A stretch of DNA of 64,000 bases from NCBI GenBank assembly GCA_947311515.1, contig CAMZLB010000031.1:922-64921 (forward strand), written 5' to 3'. Position 1 is the first letter of the stretch. Each line of letters starts with the position of its first letter. The notes beneath the pieces are model-generated. The model made no database searches and was not told the DNA's origin. It saw nothing but the letters and a program-made list of their open reading frames with translations. The stretch comes from Candidatus Moraniibacteriota bacterium. Lineage in GTDB: Bacteria; Patescibacteriota; Minisyncoccia; Moranbacterales; GCA-2747515. Below, piece by piece: positions 21,195 to 30,324 of this stretch. Both the position numbers and the translations under genes were made by a program.

Positions 21195-22520
21195 ATGCTA
21201 CCCACAACAAGAAAAAAACTTCAGAATTATTTACTTTATTCTTTTGTTTTCTTATTACCTTTACAAACCATATTTATTTTTCGTGAGATATTTTTTGAGA
21301 GTGAAAAATGGCAATACGGTACAATAGGTATCTATATGTCAGATATCATTCTAATTTCTTTAATATCATACAGCTTTACATCTTCCAAAGAATTATTATT
21401 TAATTATTTTAAAAAAAATAAATGGATTACAGGTGTATCTATTTTACTTATATCATTAAACTTTCTATCTTCCATTTGGTCATTAGATTCTATCTTATCA
21501 ATTTATTTTTCAATCAAGCTTCTTCTTTCTATATGTTTATTTTTTGTGTTACAAATCACTAATTTCAATGTAAAAACTTTAATTTTAATATTTATAAGTA
21601 GTGTTTTTTTTCAAAGTATTATAGGTTTTTTTCAATTTATTATTCAAGATACTTTTTCTTTTAAATACTTAGGACTAAAGCAGTACACTATATGGCAAGG
21701 AGGAACTTCCGTAATGACTTCTGAAAGTGGTAGATGGCTACGAAGTTACGGCGGAGAAGATCATCCCAATATACTAGCACTACTACTATTTACTGCAATA
21801 TTACTTTCTATTTATCTGTATATATTATATGAGAAGAATTCATTGTTATTAAAAATATTTCTACTTTTAAGTATTAGTTTATTTAGTGTAACAGTACTGC
21901 TCACCTTTTCTAGAAATATTTGGCTAGCTTTTATTGTAGGACTTACATTTATGATAATATTTTTATTTTTAAAAAATAAAAATCTATTCAAAAGAATTTT
22001 TATCCCTATAATCTTGGTATTTGCTACATCTATCATTATCACATTAACCTACAAAGATTTATTTTTTGTACGTATATCTAATGACACATTAACATCTCAT
22101 AATTCTATATCAGATAGAGCAATCTACATTGTACATTCCATATCTTTATTAAAAGAACATTTATTTTTTGGCACAGGGATTGGAAACTATACAAACTCAA
22201 TATATAATCTAGAGAAAAATAAATATCCTATTTGGCATTATCAACCAGTTCATAATATATACTTACTTATATTTGTAGAGCTTGGCTTAATTGGTTTTTT
22301 TCTTTTAATATTCTTTATCATATTTAATCTAAAGAACATCTATTCACAAAAAAATAAAATTGATTTTACTCAATTTATATTTATATTAATTTTTTTCTTA
22401 TTTTTGATGATTTCTTTACTTGACCATCTCCTTTGGACTTCACATATTGGACTATTACTTATATTTTTAATTTTTGGAATTAGCGTAAAGCCTATACCAC
22501 TTTCCAACCACCACCTTTGA
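21195..22520 (+). CDS. O-antigen ligase/Wzy_C family membrane protein
   Basis: Many TMs; R.YG...HPN.LA, LTFSR, FGTGIGNY and PVHNIYLLIFVELG motifs. Confidence 0.88.
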   Translation: MLPTTRKKLQNYLLYSFVFLLPLQTIFIFREIFFESEKWQYGTIGIYMSDIILISLISYSFTSSKELLFNYFKKNKWITGVSILLISLNFLSSIWSLDSILSIYFSIKLLLSICLFFVLQITNFNVKTLILIFISSVFFQSIIGFFQFIIQDTFSFKYLGLKQYTIWQGGTSVMTSESGRWLRSYGGEDHPNILALLLFTAILLSIYLYILYEKNSLLLKIFLLLSISLFSVTVLLTFSRNIWLAFIVGLTFMIIFLFLKNKNLFKRIFIPIILVFATSIIITLTYKDLFFVRISNDTLTSHNSISDRAIYIVHSISLLKEHLFFGTGIGNYTNSIYNLEKNKYPIWHYQPVHNIYLLIFVELGLIGFFLLIFFIIFNLKNIYSQKNKIDFTQFIFILIFFLFLMISLLDHLLWTSHIGLLLIFLIFGISVKPIPLSNHHL

Positions 22521-23472
22521 GAGTGACGATTTTTCCATTAATTTCAAATCCACTTGCAAGCTTATGTCCACCACCACCAAACATCCTTGCAATTTTAGAT
22601 ACATCTACATCCGTATTACTTGGCGCACGAATATTTCCTCTTATTCTGTTTTCACCTATTTGAAATAAAAACAATGAAGCTTTTACACCCGGAACAGTTG
22701 AAAGAATACTAGCTACTTCTTTTACTTCTTCTCCAGTTAAATTTCTACCCTGTAAGTCTTCTGTAGTTACAGCTGTTACAATTAGCCCCTCTTTCTTAAA
22801 AAGTTTCGCATTCTCCAGTGCGCCTCCCCATGCATTGAGGGTTTTAATTTTTTGATTTGAAAATGTTGTATTTACTATTCTAGAAACATTTGCTCCATGC
22901 TTTACCAAATCTGCAGAAGCAGCTAATGTTCTAGAGCTAGTATTACTGTGTTGAAAAATTCCAGTATCTCCAATAATACCAGTCATGTAACTTATTGCGA
23001 CAAATTGAGATAATATCAATCTTTCAAATTTTGCAAAATGATACAAAATTTCTGATGTGGATGAAAAATCTGCATCAACTATATTTATATCTACTTCCAT
23101 AGTTATGTCATGATGATGGTCAATCGCAGCTATAACGCATTTTTTTTCTAATCTATCAATTATTGATTCAAAACCTCTTTCAACACTGTCACAACCAACC
23201 GCTAAATCAAACTTGGAATATTTTAAATCATTAGGATGTATAAATTCATTTTTACCCAAAATCTTATCCAAAAACTCTGGTTGCTCATTATAGCAACCTA
23301 TCGTGACATCAGCATTATAATTTTCCTCTATATATCTCTTAAATCCTACTACGCTACCACACGCATCTGGATCAGGTCTAGTGTGTGCGAAAAGTAATAT
23401 TTTTTTTGCATTCTTTATGGAATAACTAAGTGTATTAAATTCTTTCTGAAATGTCTTGAAAGGCATGACCAC
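22492..23472 (-). CDS. nrnA: DHH family oligoribonuclease/PAP phosphatase NrnA
   Basis: H.RPDPDA.GS, DHH, DTG.F and GGGH..ASG motifs; next to rbfA. Confidence 0.9.
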   Translation of the reverse strand: MVMPFKTFQKEFNTLSYSIKNAKKILLFAHTRPDPDACGSVVGFKRYIEENYNADVTIGCYNEQPEFLDKILGKNEFIHPNDLKYSKFDLAVGCDSVERGFESIIDRLEKKCVIAAIDHHHDITMEVDINIVDADFSSTSEILYHFAKFERLILSQFVAISYMTGIIGDTGIFQHSNTSSRTLAASADLVKHGANVSRIVNTTFSNQKIKTLNAWGGALENAKLFKKEGLIVTAVTTEDLQGRNLTGEEVKEVASILSTVPGVKASLFLFQIGENRIRGNIRAPSNTDVDVSKIARMFGGGGHKLASGFEINGKIVTLKGGGWKVV

Positions 23473-23484
23473 TGTTTATTCTGG

Positions 23485-23820
23485 TTAAAATTCGTTATCT
23501 TGAATTAGTTCATCTAAACTATCTACATCCTCACCAACACCACTATAAACAAATACTATTTTTGGTAAGACTTTGAGATGTAATTTTTTATTTATTCTTT
23601 TTTGTAAGAGATTTCTCTCATGCCCCAATGTCTTCATAGTATAATCTTTTTGTTCAGTAGGAAAAACACTTATAAAAATTTTCGTAAAACTAAAATCAGT
23701 AGAAGTATCCACTTTTATAACTGTAGCAAATACTCCAGGCTTAAAATCTATAATTTCACTTATAAGTCCTGTGAGCTCATGTTGAATCACGGAATTAACT
23801 CTTCTCATCCTTTCTGACAT
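23485..23820 (-). CDS. rbfA: Ribosome-binding factor A
   Basis: R..RVNS.I..EL, V..S.D and P.I.F.Y motifs. Confidence 0.88.
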   Translation of the reverse strand: MSERMRRVNSVIQHELTGLISEIIDFKPGVFATVIKVDTSTDFSFTKIFISVFPTEQKDYTMKTLGHERNLLQKRINKKLHLKVLPKIVFVYSGVGEDVDSLDELIQDNEF

Positions 23821-23851
23821 ATTTTCTTATTTTTAAATTATATTAATTTTG

Positions 23852-23923
23852 TGTCCTTGGTAGGAATCGAACCTACATCTAATCCTTAGGAGGGACCTAT
23901 TCTATCCGTTGAACTACAAGGAC
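23852..23923 (-). tRNA. tRNA-Arg (CCT)
   Basis: GTCCTTG acceptor stem, AACGGATAGAA D-arm, CTCCTAA anticodon loop, GGTTCGATTCC T-arm; CCA not encoded. Confidence 0.95.
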
Positions 23924-24024
23924 TTTCACTAATACCTAACTATACCCCACTTTTACATATTGTACAAGTAAATTAAAAAAATAGCAAAAAGATGTAGACT
24001 TTGTAAAATAACTAGCAAAAAAAA

Positions 24025-24792
24025 TTATACTAAATTTTTATCTATTTTTATTAATTCAGCTATTAATTTTTTTCTAACATCCTTAGCATAAGGATTGAAT
24101 TTTTGAATTGTTTCAAAAAGCTCTTTAGTATTTAATGCTGTATCTATATGCAAAGAATACATTATTCTATACGAATATGTTTTTAATTCATCATCTATTA
24201 AATCAAAAGACTTAAGACCTTCTCCAAGAAAATGAGTTAACGCTTGCACCTTTGCCATTCTCTTATCATGCTCATCTCCACTCATCTGACATATTTCAAA
24301 ACCAATGCCTTTTATGTAATTCATTATATTTTCAAGTTCCTTCTTATCCCCTGATACGTTTGAAATAACTACTTTTAAATTTGTTAATTTCTTTTCGATA
24401 GAAGGAACTCCAAACATTGGATGCGTTCCTATTATTTGATTATTTGGAAATTTATCTTTTAATACCTTTAATGGATAAATTTTTACTGATGAAACATCTA
24501 GTATAACCGATTTTTCTGATATCAATCTTTTTAATTCATTTACTGAATCTTTCAAAAATTGCACTGGTACGCCAAAAATAATATAATCAAAAAATGGAAA
24601 TGTATCTTTTATAATTTTTTTATTTTTATCTCTTTTTAGAATTCTTATATTATCTATATTTCCACCAAATTTTATATCAATATTCTTTACCTCACTTCTA
24701 TTATGAATATATATTTCAAAATCCCTTGATAAAAAATCAACCATCAGTTTACCAAATATTCCATAACCCACTACTAATACTTTTTTTTGCAT
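24025..24792 (-). CDS. tyrA: Prephenate/arogenate dehydrogenase family protein
   Basis: GYGIFG Rossmann motif, DVSSVK, HPMFG and HD..MA.VQALTH motifs. Confidence 0.85.
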   Translation of the reverse strand: MQKKVLVVGYGIFGKLMVDFLSRDFEIYIHNRSEVKNIDIKFGGNIDNIRILKRDKNKKIIKDTFPFFDYIIFGVPVQFLKDSVNELKRLISEKSVILDVSSVKIYPLKVLKDKFPNNQIIGTHPMFGVPSIEKKLTNLKVVISNVSGDKKELENIMNYIKGIGFEICQMSGDEHDKRMAKVQALTHFLGEGLKSFDLIDDELKTYSYRIMYSLHIDTALNTKELFETIQKFNPYAKDVRKKLIAELIKIDKNLV

Positions 24793-25074
24793 AATTTAAA
24801 TTAAATTCATAACATTCAGCAACAAATAAAAACTAGTGATACTATTACCATTTCTATAAAAAACTAACAAAATAAATAACAATACTAATTTCCTATTATA
24901 ACTCCTTTATTTAAAAAATATCATGAACCTTCATTATTCTCAAATGAAGTTAATTCATATTTATTTGTAAAAAATTATTATTTTCATCTATTCTAGTTTT
25001 TAATCAAAAATAATTACTAACCTGATAATGATTATTTAATTATACCACACCAAAAGAAAGAAAAAGTTATTCCT

Positions 25075-25117
25075 AAACACAAAAAATACTGAATCTATAT
25101 CAGTATTTTTTGTGTTT
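25075..25117. terminator. 18-bp stem intrinsic terminator
   Basis: AAACACAAAAAATACTGA / TCAGTATTTTTTGTGTTT perfect inverted repeat just past the stop at 25127. Confidence 0.75.
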
Positions 25118-25126
25118 TAACTTTAT

Positions 25127-25498
25127 TTAATTTGTCTGTGCATAGAATGCTGGCGCTCCATCTGTAAATTCGAAGTCATGATATTTATTTAATATCTTAT
25201 CCCTGTCAGCTATTCCTCTTGTATAAAGTTGCATTCCAGTTCTTGTGTTATATAAGCGGTATATTGGAGTTGTTCCATCATCTGTTAGAGATGTATAAAA
25301 TGCTAGTGCTCCATCTGTGAATTCAAAGTCATGATATTTGTTTAGTATTTTATCTCTATCAGATACTCCTCTTGTGCATAGTTAAGCTCCTGTTTTGGTA
25401 TTGTATAAACGATACATTGGCGTTTCACTATCTGCAAAAACATTACCAGCTATAAACATCATATCCATCATTGGCAAAATGTACAAAAACTTTTTCAT
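25127..25498 (-). pseudogene. Secreted two-repeat protein (TPxYRLYN repeat, DUF5648-like) with one nonsense mutation
   Basis: Signal peptide plus two ~49-aa repeats. TAA at 25382-25384 sits where repeat 2 has CAA (Gln). Confidence 0.85.
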
Positions 25499-25628
25499 AT
25501 TATTATATCATTTTTTTAAAAAACAATTATCATCTGTACAATTTAAGCTTAAATATCTCTTTAAAGTTATTAAACATCAATAGAGACATAAACAAGCAGA
25601 TACAAGGAACTTATTAAGAAATGTCTGT

Positions 25629-25763
25629 AGAACTCTAAAAATTATTATTTTTATTATTTTTCTTAAAATACAACTTATAAAAACACTACAAATAAAGGCT
25701 TCTGAAAATGTATTTGGATTTATTTTTTAAATTTTTAATGATAAATTAGTTTTGCAGTCTCTC
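25629..25763 (+). repeat. ~135-bp MITE-like intergenic repeat, copy 1
   Basis: Aligns by eye along its whole length with the reverse complement of 30174-30309. Confidence 0.6.
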
Positions 25764-25920
25764 CTAAAAAATAAAGCTCAATGATTTGCATTATGTGTAC
25801 TCCATAATATTTACAAGATGCGTAAAGAATTAATAGTTAATCCAATATAGAAAGCTGTTTTATGTGTGGTGTAAAAGTGATAAATGATACTAAGATGGCT
25901 TAAAATATTTCAAAAAATAA

Positions 25921-25947
25921 AAAATCAACCAAATATAGGTTGATTTT
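25921..25947. terminator. Intrinsic terminator-like hairpin
   Basis: AAAATCAACC / GGTTGATTTT inverted repeat downstream of the ABC-F gene. Confidence 0.6.
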
Positions 25948-26091
25948 AGGTTTATCGGTTTACTTAGGAACTCCAGAGAAACTCCTTAATCTAATAGAGT
26001 TCATATCTTAAATATCAAAAAAACTTTGCAAAAAATTATGTCCCATAAAAATAATTTAAGTAAAAGGTTCTTAGTATACTAAAAATAAAAA

Positions 26092-27543
26092 CTATTTATT
26101 CAAATCTAATTCTTCATCGATTCTTATTTTATCTACAAATTCATCCACATGAGAAACTAAAATCATAGCCCCTTTATAAGCGTCTAAAGCTTCCGCAATA
26201 AATGGAATATGTCTAAAGTTTATATGATTTGTAGGCTCATCCAAAATCAATAGCCCTGGTTCCAATAATACAAGTTGTGCAAAAGCAACTAATCCCTTTT
26301 GTCCTTCTGATAAACTTCCAATTTTTTCTTCCATTAAATCATTTTTTATCAAAAATCCTGCAGCAACCCTTCTCATATGTTCTTCTTCTTTTTTACGCAT
26401 AACACTCATAAGAGAATCATAAATCGTACTATTAAAATCCAATGTAGAAAAATCTTGCCTATAATATCCAATTCTGATCCCATCTTTAACATGTTCTCCC
26501 TTTGCTTGACCTGACGCAAGCCTTTCAAGTAATGTAGTTTTTCCTATTCCATTTGGACCTTTCAAAATTAAATGTTGATTTTTTTTGAGCACTATATCAA
26601 CCTCTTTTATAACAACTTCTCCCTCTCTCATAACACTAAGTTCCGTAAGCGTTAAAATATTACCATTTATATCTTCCTGAACTGGAATTTGAAAAGGTCT
26701 TATAGCCTTATCTTCTTTTCTGACCTCAACCTTAGATTCTTCCATCTCTTTAACTTCATCTCTAAGTTTCTTTGCAAGAAGTCTCATCTTACCACCCTTA
26801 TTTTGAAAATAATTTATTTTTTCTTTATTATCTTTGATTTTCTTCTCAAATTGAGCATTTTTCTTTTTTTCTTTTTCTACTCTAGCCGCAATTTCTTCTA
26901 CAACTGTATAATAATCTCCTACATACTGTTCTACCGTTCTAGTATAAATATCCAAATACAAGACTCCATCTGTAAAAGTATTCAAAAAATCAGCATCATG
27001 AGAAATCACAACGCAAGTTTTTTCATACATCATAAGAAATGACATAAGATGGGCAATTCCATCTGCATCCAAATTATTAGTTGGTTCATCTAGTAAAAGT
27101 ATGTCTGGTTCTTGAATTAAAGCAGAAGCCAATAACAAGCGTGCTTGCTGACCACCAGAAAACTCTTCTACTTTTTTATCGATAGAGATCTTCAAATTTA
27201 CAATTTCCAAAACCTCTTTTATTTTTCTGTCTAATTCATAATCTTCTCCCTTGAAATAACTAGCAAAGAAATCCCTGACAGTTATAGAAAGTTGATTTCG
27301 TGGCATAACCTGTTGAGAAACAGCAATACTAAGTCCTTGATTTATATTAATTCCACCATTTTCTGGCTTTAAATCTCCCATTATCAATTGAAAAAGCGTG
27401 CTTTTTCCTGCTCCATTTTGTCCCATAAGAGCAACCTTTGAACCTTGTCTTAGTGCAAATGAAACATCATCCAATGTTTTATGTCCATTTTCATACTCAA
27501 ATGAAACATCCTTGAACCTAAGCGCAATATCTTGTGTACTCAT
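26092..27543 (-). CDS. ABC-F family ATP-binding protein
   Basis: Two ABC domains (GQNGAGKST, GPNGIGKTT, LDEPTN twice), a linker helix and no TM. Confidence 0.93.
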   Translation of the reverse strand: MSTQDIALRFKDVSFEYENGHKTLDDVSFALRQGSKVALMGQNGAGKSTLFQLIMGDLKPENGGININQGLSIAVSQQVMPRNQLSITVRDFFASYFKGEDYELDRKIKEVLEIVNLKISIDKKVEEFSGGQQARLLLASALIQEPDILLLDEPTNNLDADGIAHLMSFLMMYEKTCVVISHDADFLNTFTDGVLYLDIYTRTVEQYVGDYYTVVEEIAARVEKEKKKNAQFEKKIKDNKEKINYFQNKGGKMRLLAKKLRDEVKEMEESKVEVRKEDKAIRPFQIPVQEDINGNILTLTELSVMREGEVVIKEVDIVLKKNQHLILKGPNGIGKTTLLERLASGQAKGEHVKDGIRIGYYRQDFSTLDFNSTIYDSLMSVMRKKEEEHMRRVAAGFLIKNDLMEEKIGSLSEGQKGLVAFAQLVLLEPGLLILDEPTNHINFRHIPFIAEALDAYKGAMILVSHVDEFVDKIRIDEELDLNK

Positions 27544-27921
27544 AAATTAATATCAATTACTTTAATGTTCCTTATTTTACACCAAAAATCCTATATTGTA
27601 AAGCATATTTCATGTTAATTACTAAAAAATATCATACCTGACAAAATTTAGAATTAATTCAAGTAAGACCTATAACACACAACTTACAAAAACCCTATAA
27701 ACAAAAGTTCTTTAGGAATACCTGAATTGATTATAAAACTTTATAATATTTTTTTCTTCTTCAACATAATATTCATTAAATCTGTATTAACCAACCTTAC
27801 TCAAATAACTACTCAAATTAAGTGTATTTGAGACAAGCTTATCATACCCAATAATTTTTAAGTTCTTTTTAGACAAATTTTAACTATCTAATTTATATTA
27901 TAAATTTATTTAATAACAATG

Positions 27922-28872
27922 TTAAAATTTCATTATAAACATCTCAAGTGCAGTTTCTGTATCAAACTTTCCTATTTTTGAGTTAGTATAGATTTCCAAA
28001 AGCATAGAATGTGCACTTATTAGTCTTTCCTTATTTAATTTTCTTACTATAGGTAATGCTTTTTGAACCACATAAGGATGTAGCTTTGTAGATTTAGAAA
28101 TTATATTTTTATCAAAGATTCCTCTTTCACATTCTCCTATAACTGCTATCATAGTCCTAACTTGATAAACATACATTCCATGTATTTTATTTGGACTATC
28201 GCCTGACATAATTTGCTTTTTAAAACTAGACAATGCTTTTAGTTTATTTTCTGAAGTTAGCGATTCCACAGTATCAAAAATACTTGCATTCATCTGTCCA
28301 TTCACAAGTAACTCTATATCATTTTTTGTAATTTCTTTACTATCCGCATAAATTGCAAGCTTTTTAATTTCAGATAATAATTTATACAAATTATTATCAC
28401 CTAATAAATTCAACAAAAAATTTAAAGTATCTCTACTAAGACTAGCATTATTATTTTTAATTTCTTCTTTCGCCCACTTAACTAATTCTTTATCATCTAA
28501 AGATTTAAATTCATAAGTATCACTAGAATTAGTCAATAACCATTTAAATAATACAGCATTTTTGCGAGGATTAGTATATTCACAAATAATAATCACATCC
28601 TGAAAATCTGATTTTTCTAAAATACTTTTAATTTTTCTTTGATTTTCAGAACTTACTGATGAAAACACATTTTTTACAATTATCATTTTCTGTACAGAAA
28701 ACAAACCTTGGGAATTTATTAAATTCTCAAGGTTTTCTATATTTGAACTCTCTTCAAAATCACAAACTTCAAAACTACTACCACTTGGATTATTTTTCAA
28801 AAAATCTTCAGTTAAATTTTTGATTTTTTTTGATAATCTAAATGACTCATCTCCATACAAAAATAATATCAT
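27922..28872 (-). CDS. holA: DNA polymerase III delta subunit
   Basis: MILFLYG.E, GLF...K, EI.KL..Y, IF..V and HPYVVQK motifs. Confidence 0.9.
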   Translation of the reverse strand: MILFLYGDESFRLSKKIKNLTEDFLKNNPSGSSFEVCDFEESSNIENLENLINSQGLFSVQKMIIVKNVFSSVSSENQRKIKSILEKSDFQDVIIICEYTNPRKNAVLFKWLLTNSSDTYEFKSLDDKELVKWAKEEIKNNNASLSRDTLNFLLNLLGDNNLYKLLSEIKKLAIYADSKEITKNDIELLVNGQMNASIFDTVESLTSENKLKALSSFKKQIMSGDSPNKIHGMYVYQVRTMIAVIGECERGIFDKNIISKSTKLHPYVVQKALPIVRKLNKERLISAHSMLLEIYTNSKIGKFDTETALEMFIMKF

Positions 28873-28875
28873 AAA

Positions 28876-30099
28876 TTACTTTAAGGTAGCTTTTTTATCA
28901 ATAGATTCCTCTTCTATTCTCTCTTTATATTCATCAGCATCTTCATAGCTAGCATGCTTGTCATGACCTAATACATGCATCCATATTTGACCTGGAACAA
29001 AATGAACTTCATATCCATCTTTATCATAAAATTTGAATCCCTTACCCATACCTTTATCTTTTTTCCATGTGCCTTTTATATATTCTCCATTCATAAATAT
29101 CTTTGCTTCTCCCTCAAATTTTGTGTCAAACCAAGGATCTCCAAGTTGCATATTTGGATATCCTCCATTATCATTCTTTTTATGAAACATATCTACGCCT
29201 TTCCATGGATCCTCAAGTCCAATAGATACATAATCTTTTTCAGAATACCAAGCTTCTTTTTTGGTAATTATTACTATAAGATTTTTTGGTGCATACTGCT
29301 TCTTTGTTTCAAAATCTATATCAGGCTTACCAAATATAAATCTCTTGTAATCATTTGTTTCTGGGTCATATTCATAAGTAACTCTGTATGGCTTTTGAAA
29401 TTTAACTACTAACTTTCCATATTCTGGTCGTTCTTTTCTACTTAAGTCTCCTTGATGATTAAAACCTTCCATTTTTGATTCCTTATCATAACCAGCTGCT
29501 TCTGCAACACTTATAAGAGCTGGAATACTTGTAGAAGCTTTTTCCAATTGACTCATAGGACCTTCTCTTCGAAAGCATGCTTCACCTCCAGATGGAGGCA
29601 CTTCCCCATTACAATCTATATGATCTACAATTTTTCTCTGCAAAAACGCTTTTGTAACGCTTGACCCTCCCCATGGTACAAATATTGCACCAAATGAATC
29701 TGCTACAGATAAATTATCGATACGTCCACTACGCATTGGACCCACTATTTCTGGCGTATTACACTGAAATATTCCCATAATCCTAGGTTGCCCATGCATA
29801 GGTCTATGTGGCATCTCCAAAACAAAATCTGCTTGTGATAGATTTGCAAAATATTGTCTAGCACTCTGATCACCAGAATACATTACAGCAAACGGTCGTT
29901 TATTATTATTCGGACATTCTAATCCTGTTATCTTTGATGCGTTCACTGGTAAATCATATGGTATATATTTCTTTGATTCTTTAATTTCTACTACTTTTTC
30001 TTTTGATACATTAATTTTTTGCTCATTTTTTTTCCCACAACCTGACAATATAACAATACAGACAAGCGAAATCACTCCCAATTTAAATAGTTTATTCAT
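28876..30099 (-). CDS. DUF3048 domain lipoprotein
   Basis: LSG-C lipobox; RPFAVM, LSQAD.V.E, VGPMRSGR and PGQIW motifs. Confidence 0.85.
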   Translation of the reverse strand: MNKLFKLGVISLVCIVILSGCGKKNEQKINVSKEKVVEIKESKKYIPYDLPVNASKITGLECPNNNKRPFAVMYSGDQSARQYFANLSQADFVLEMPHRPMHGQPRIMGIFQCNTPEIVGPMRSGRIDNLSVADSFGAIFVPWGGSSVTKAFLQRKIVDHIDCNGEVPPSGGEACFRREGPMSQLEKASTSIPALISVAEAAGYDKESKMEGFNHQGDLSRKERPEYGKLVVKFQKPYRVTYEYDPETNDYKRFIFGKPDIDFETKKQYAPKNLIVIITKKEAWYSEKDYVSIGLEDPWKGVDMFHKKNDNGGYPNMQLGDPWFDTKFEGEAKIFMNGEYIKGTWKKDKGMGKGFKFYDKDGYEVHFVPGQIWMHVLGHDKHASYEDADEYKERIEEESIDKKATLK

Positions 30100-30173
30100 A
30101 CTATATTACTTATAATTTATTTTATTTATATATCTATATTATCATTCAATTTCATTATTATCAATATATTAAA

Positions 30174-30309
30174 GAGAAGTTACAAAATTAAATCATTAGT
30201 AAAAATCAAGAAAATAAATCTAAATTAGATTATCAAAAGCCTTTGTTTGTAAGATTTTGCAAGTTATCTTCTACAGAAAAATTGAAAATAGTAATTTTTA
30301 GAATCTCTC
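30174..30309 (-). repeat. ~135-bp MITE-like intergenic repeat, copy 2
   Basis: Inverted homolog of 25629-25763. Confidence 0.6.
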
Positions 30310-30324
30310 CTTAAAGCATAATTA

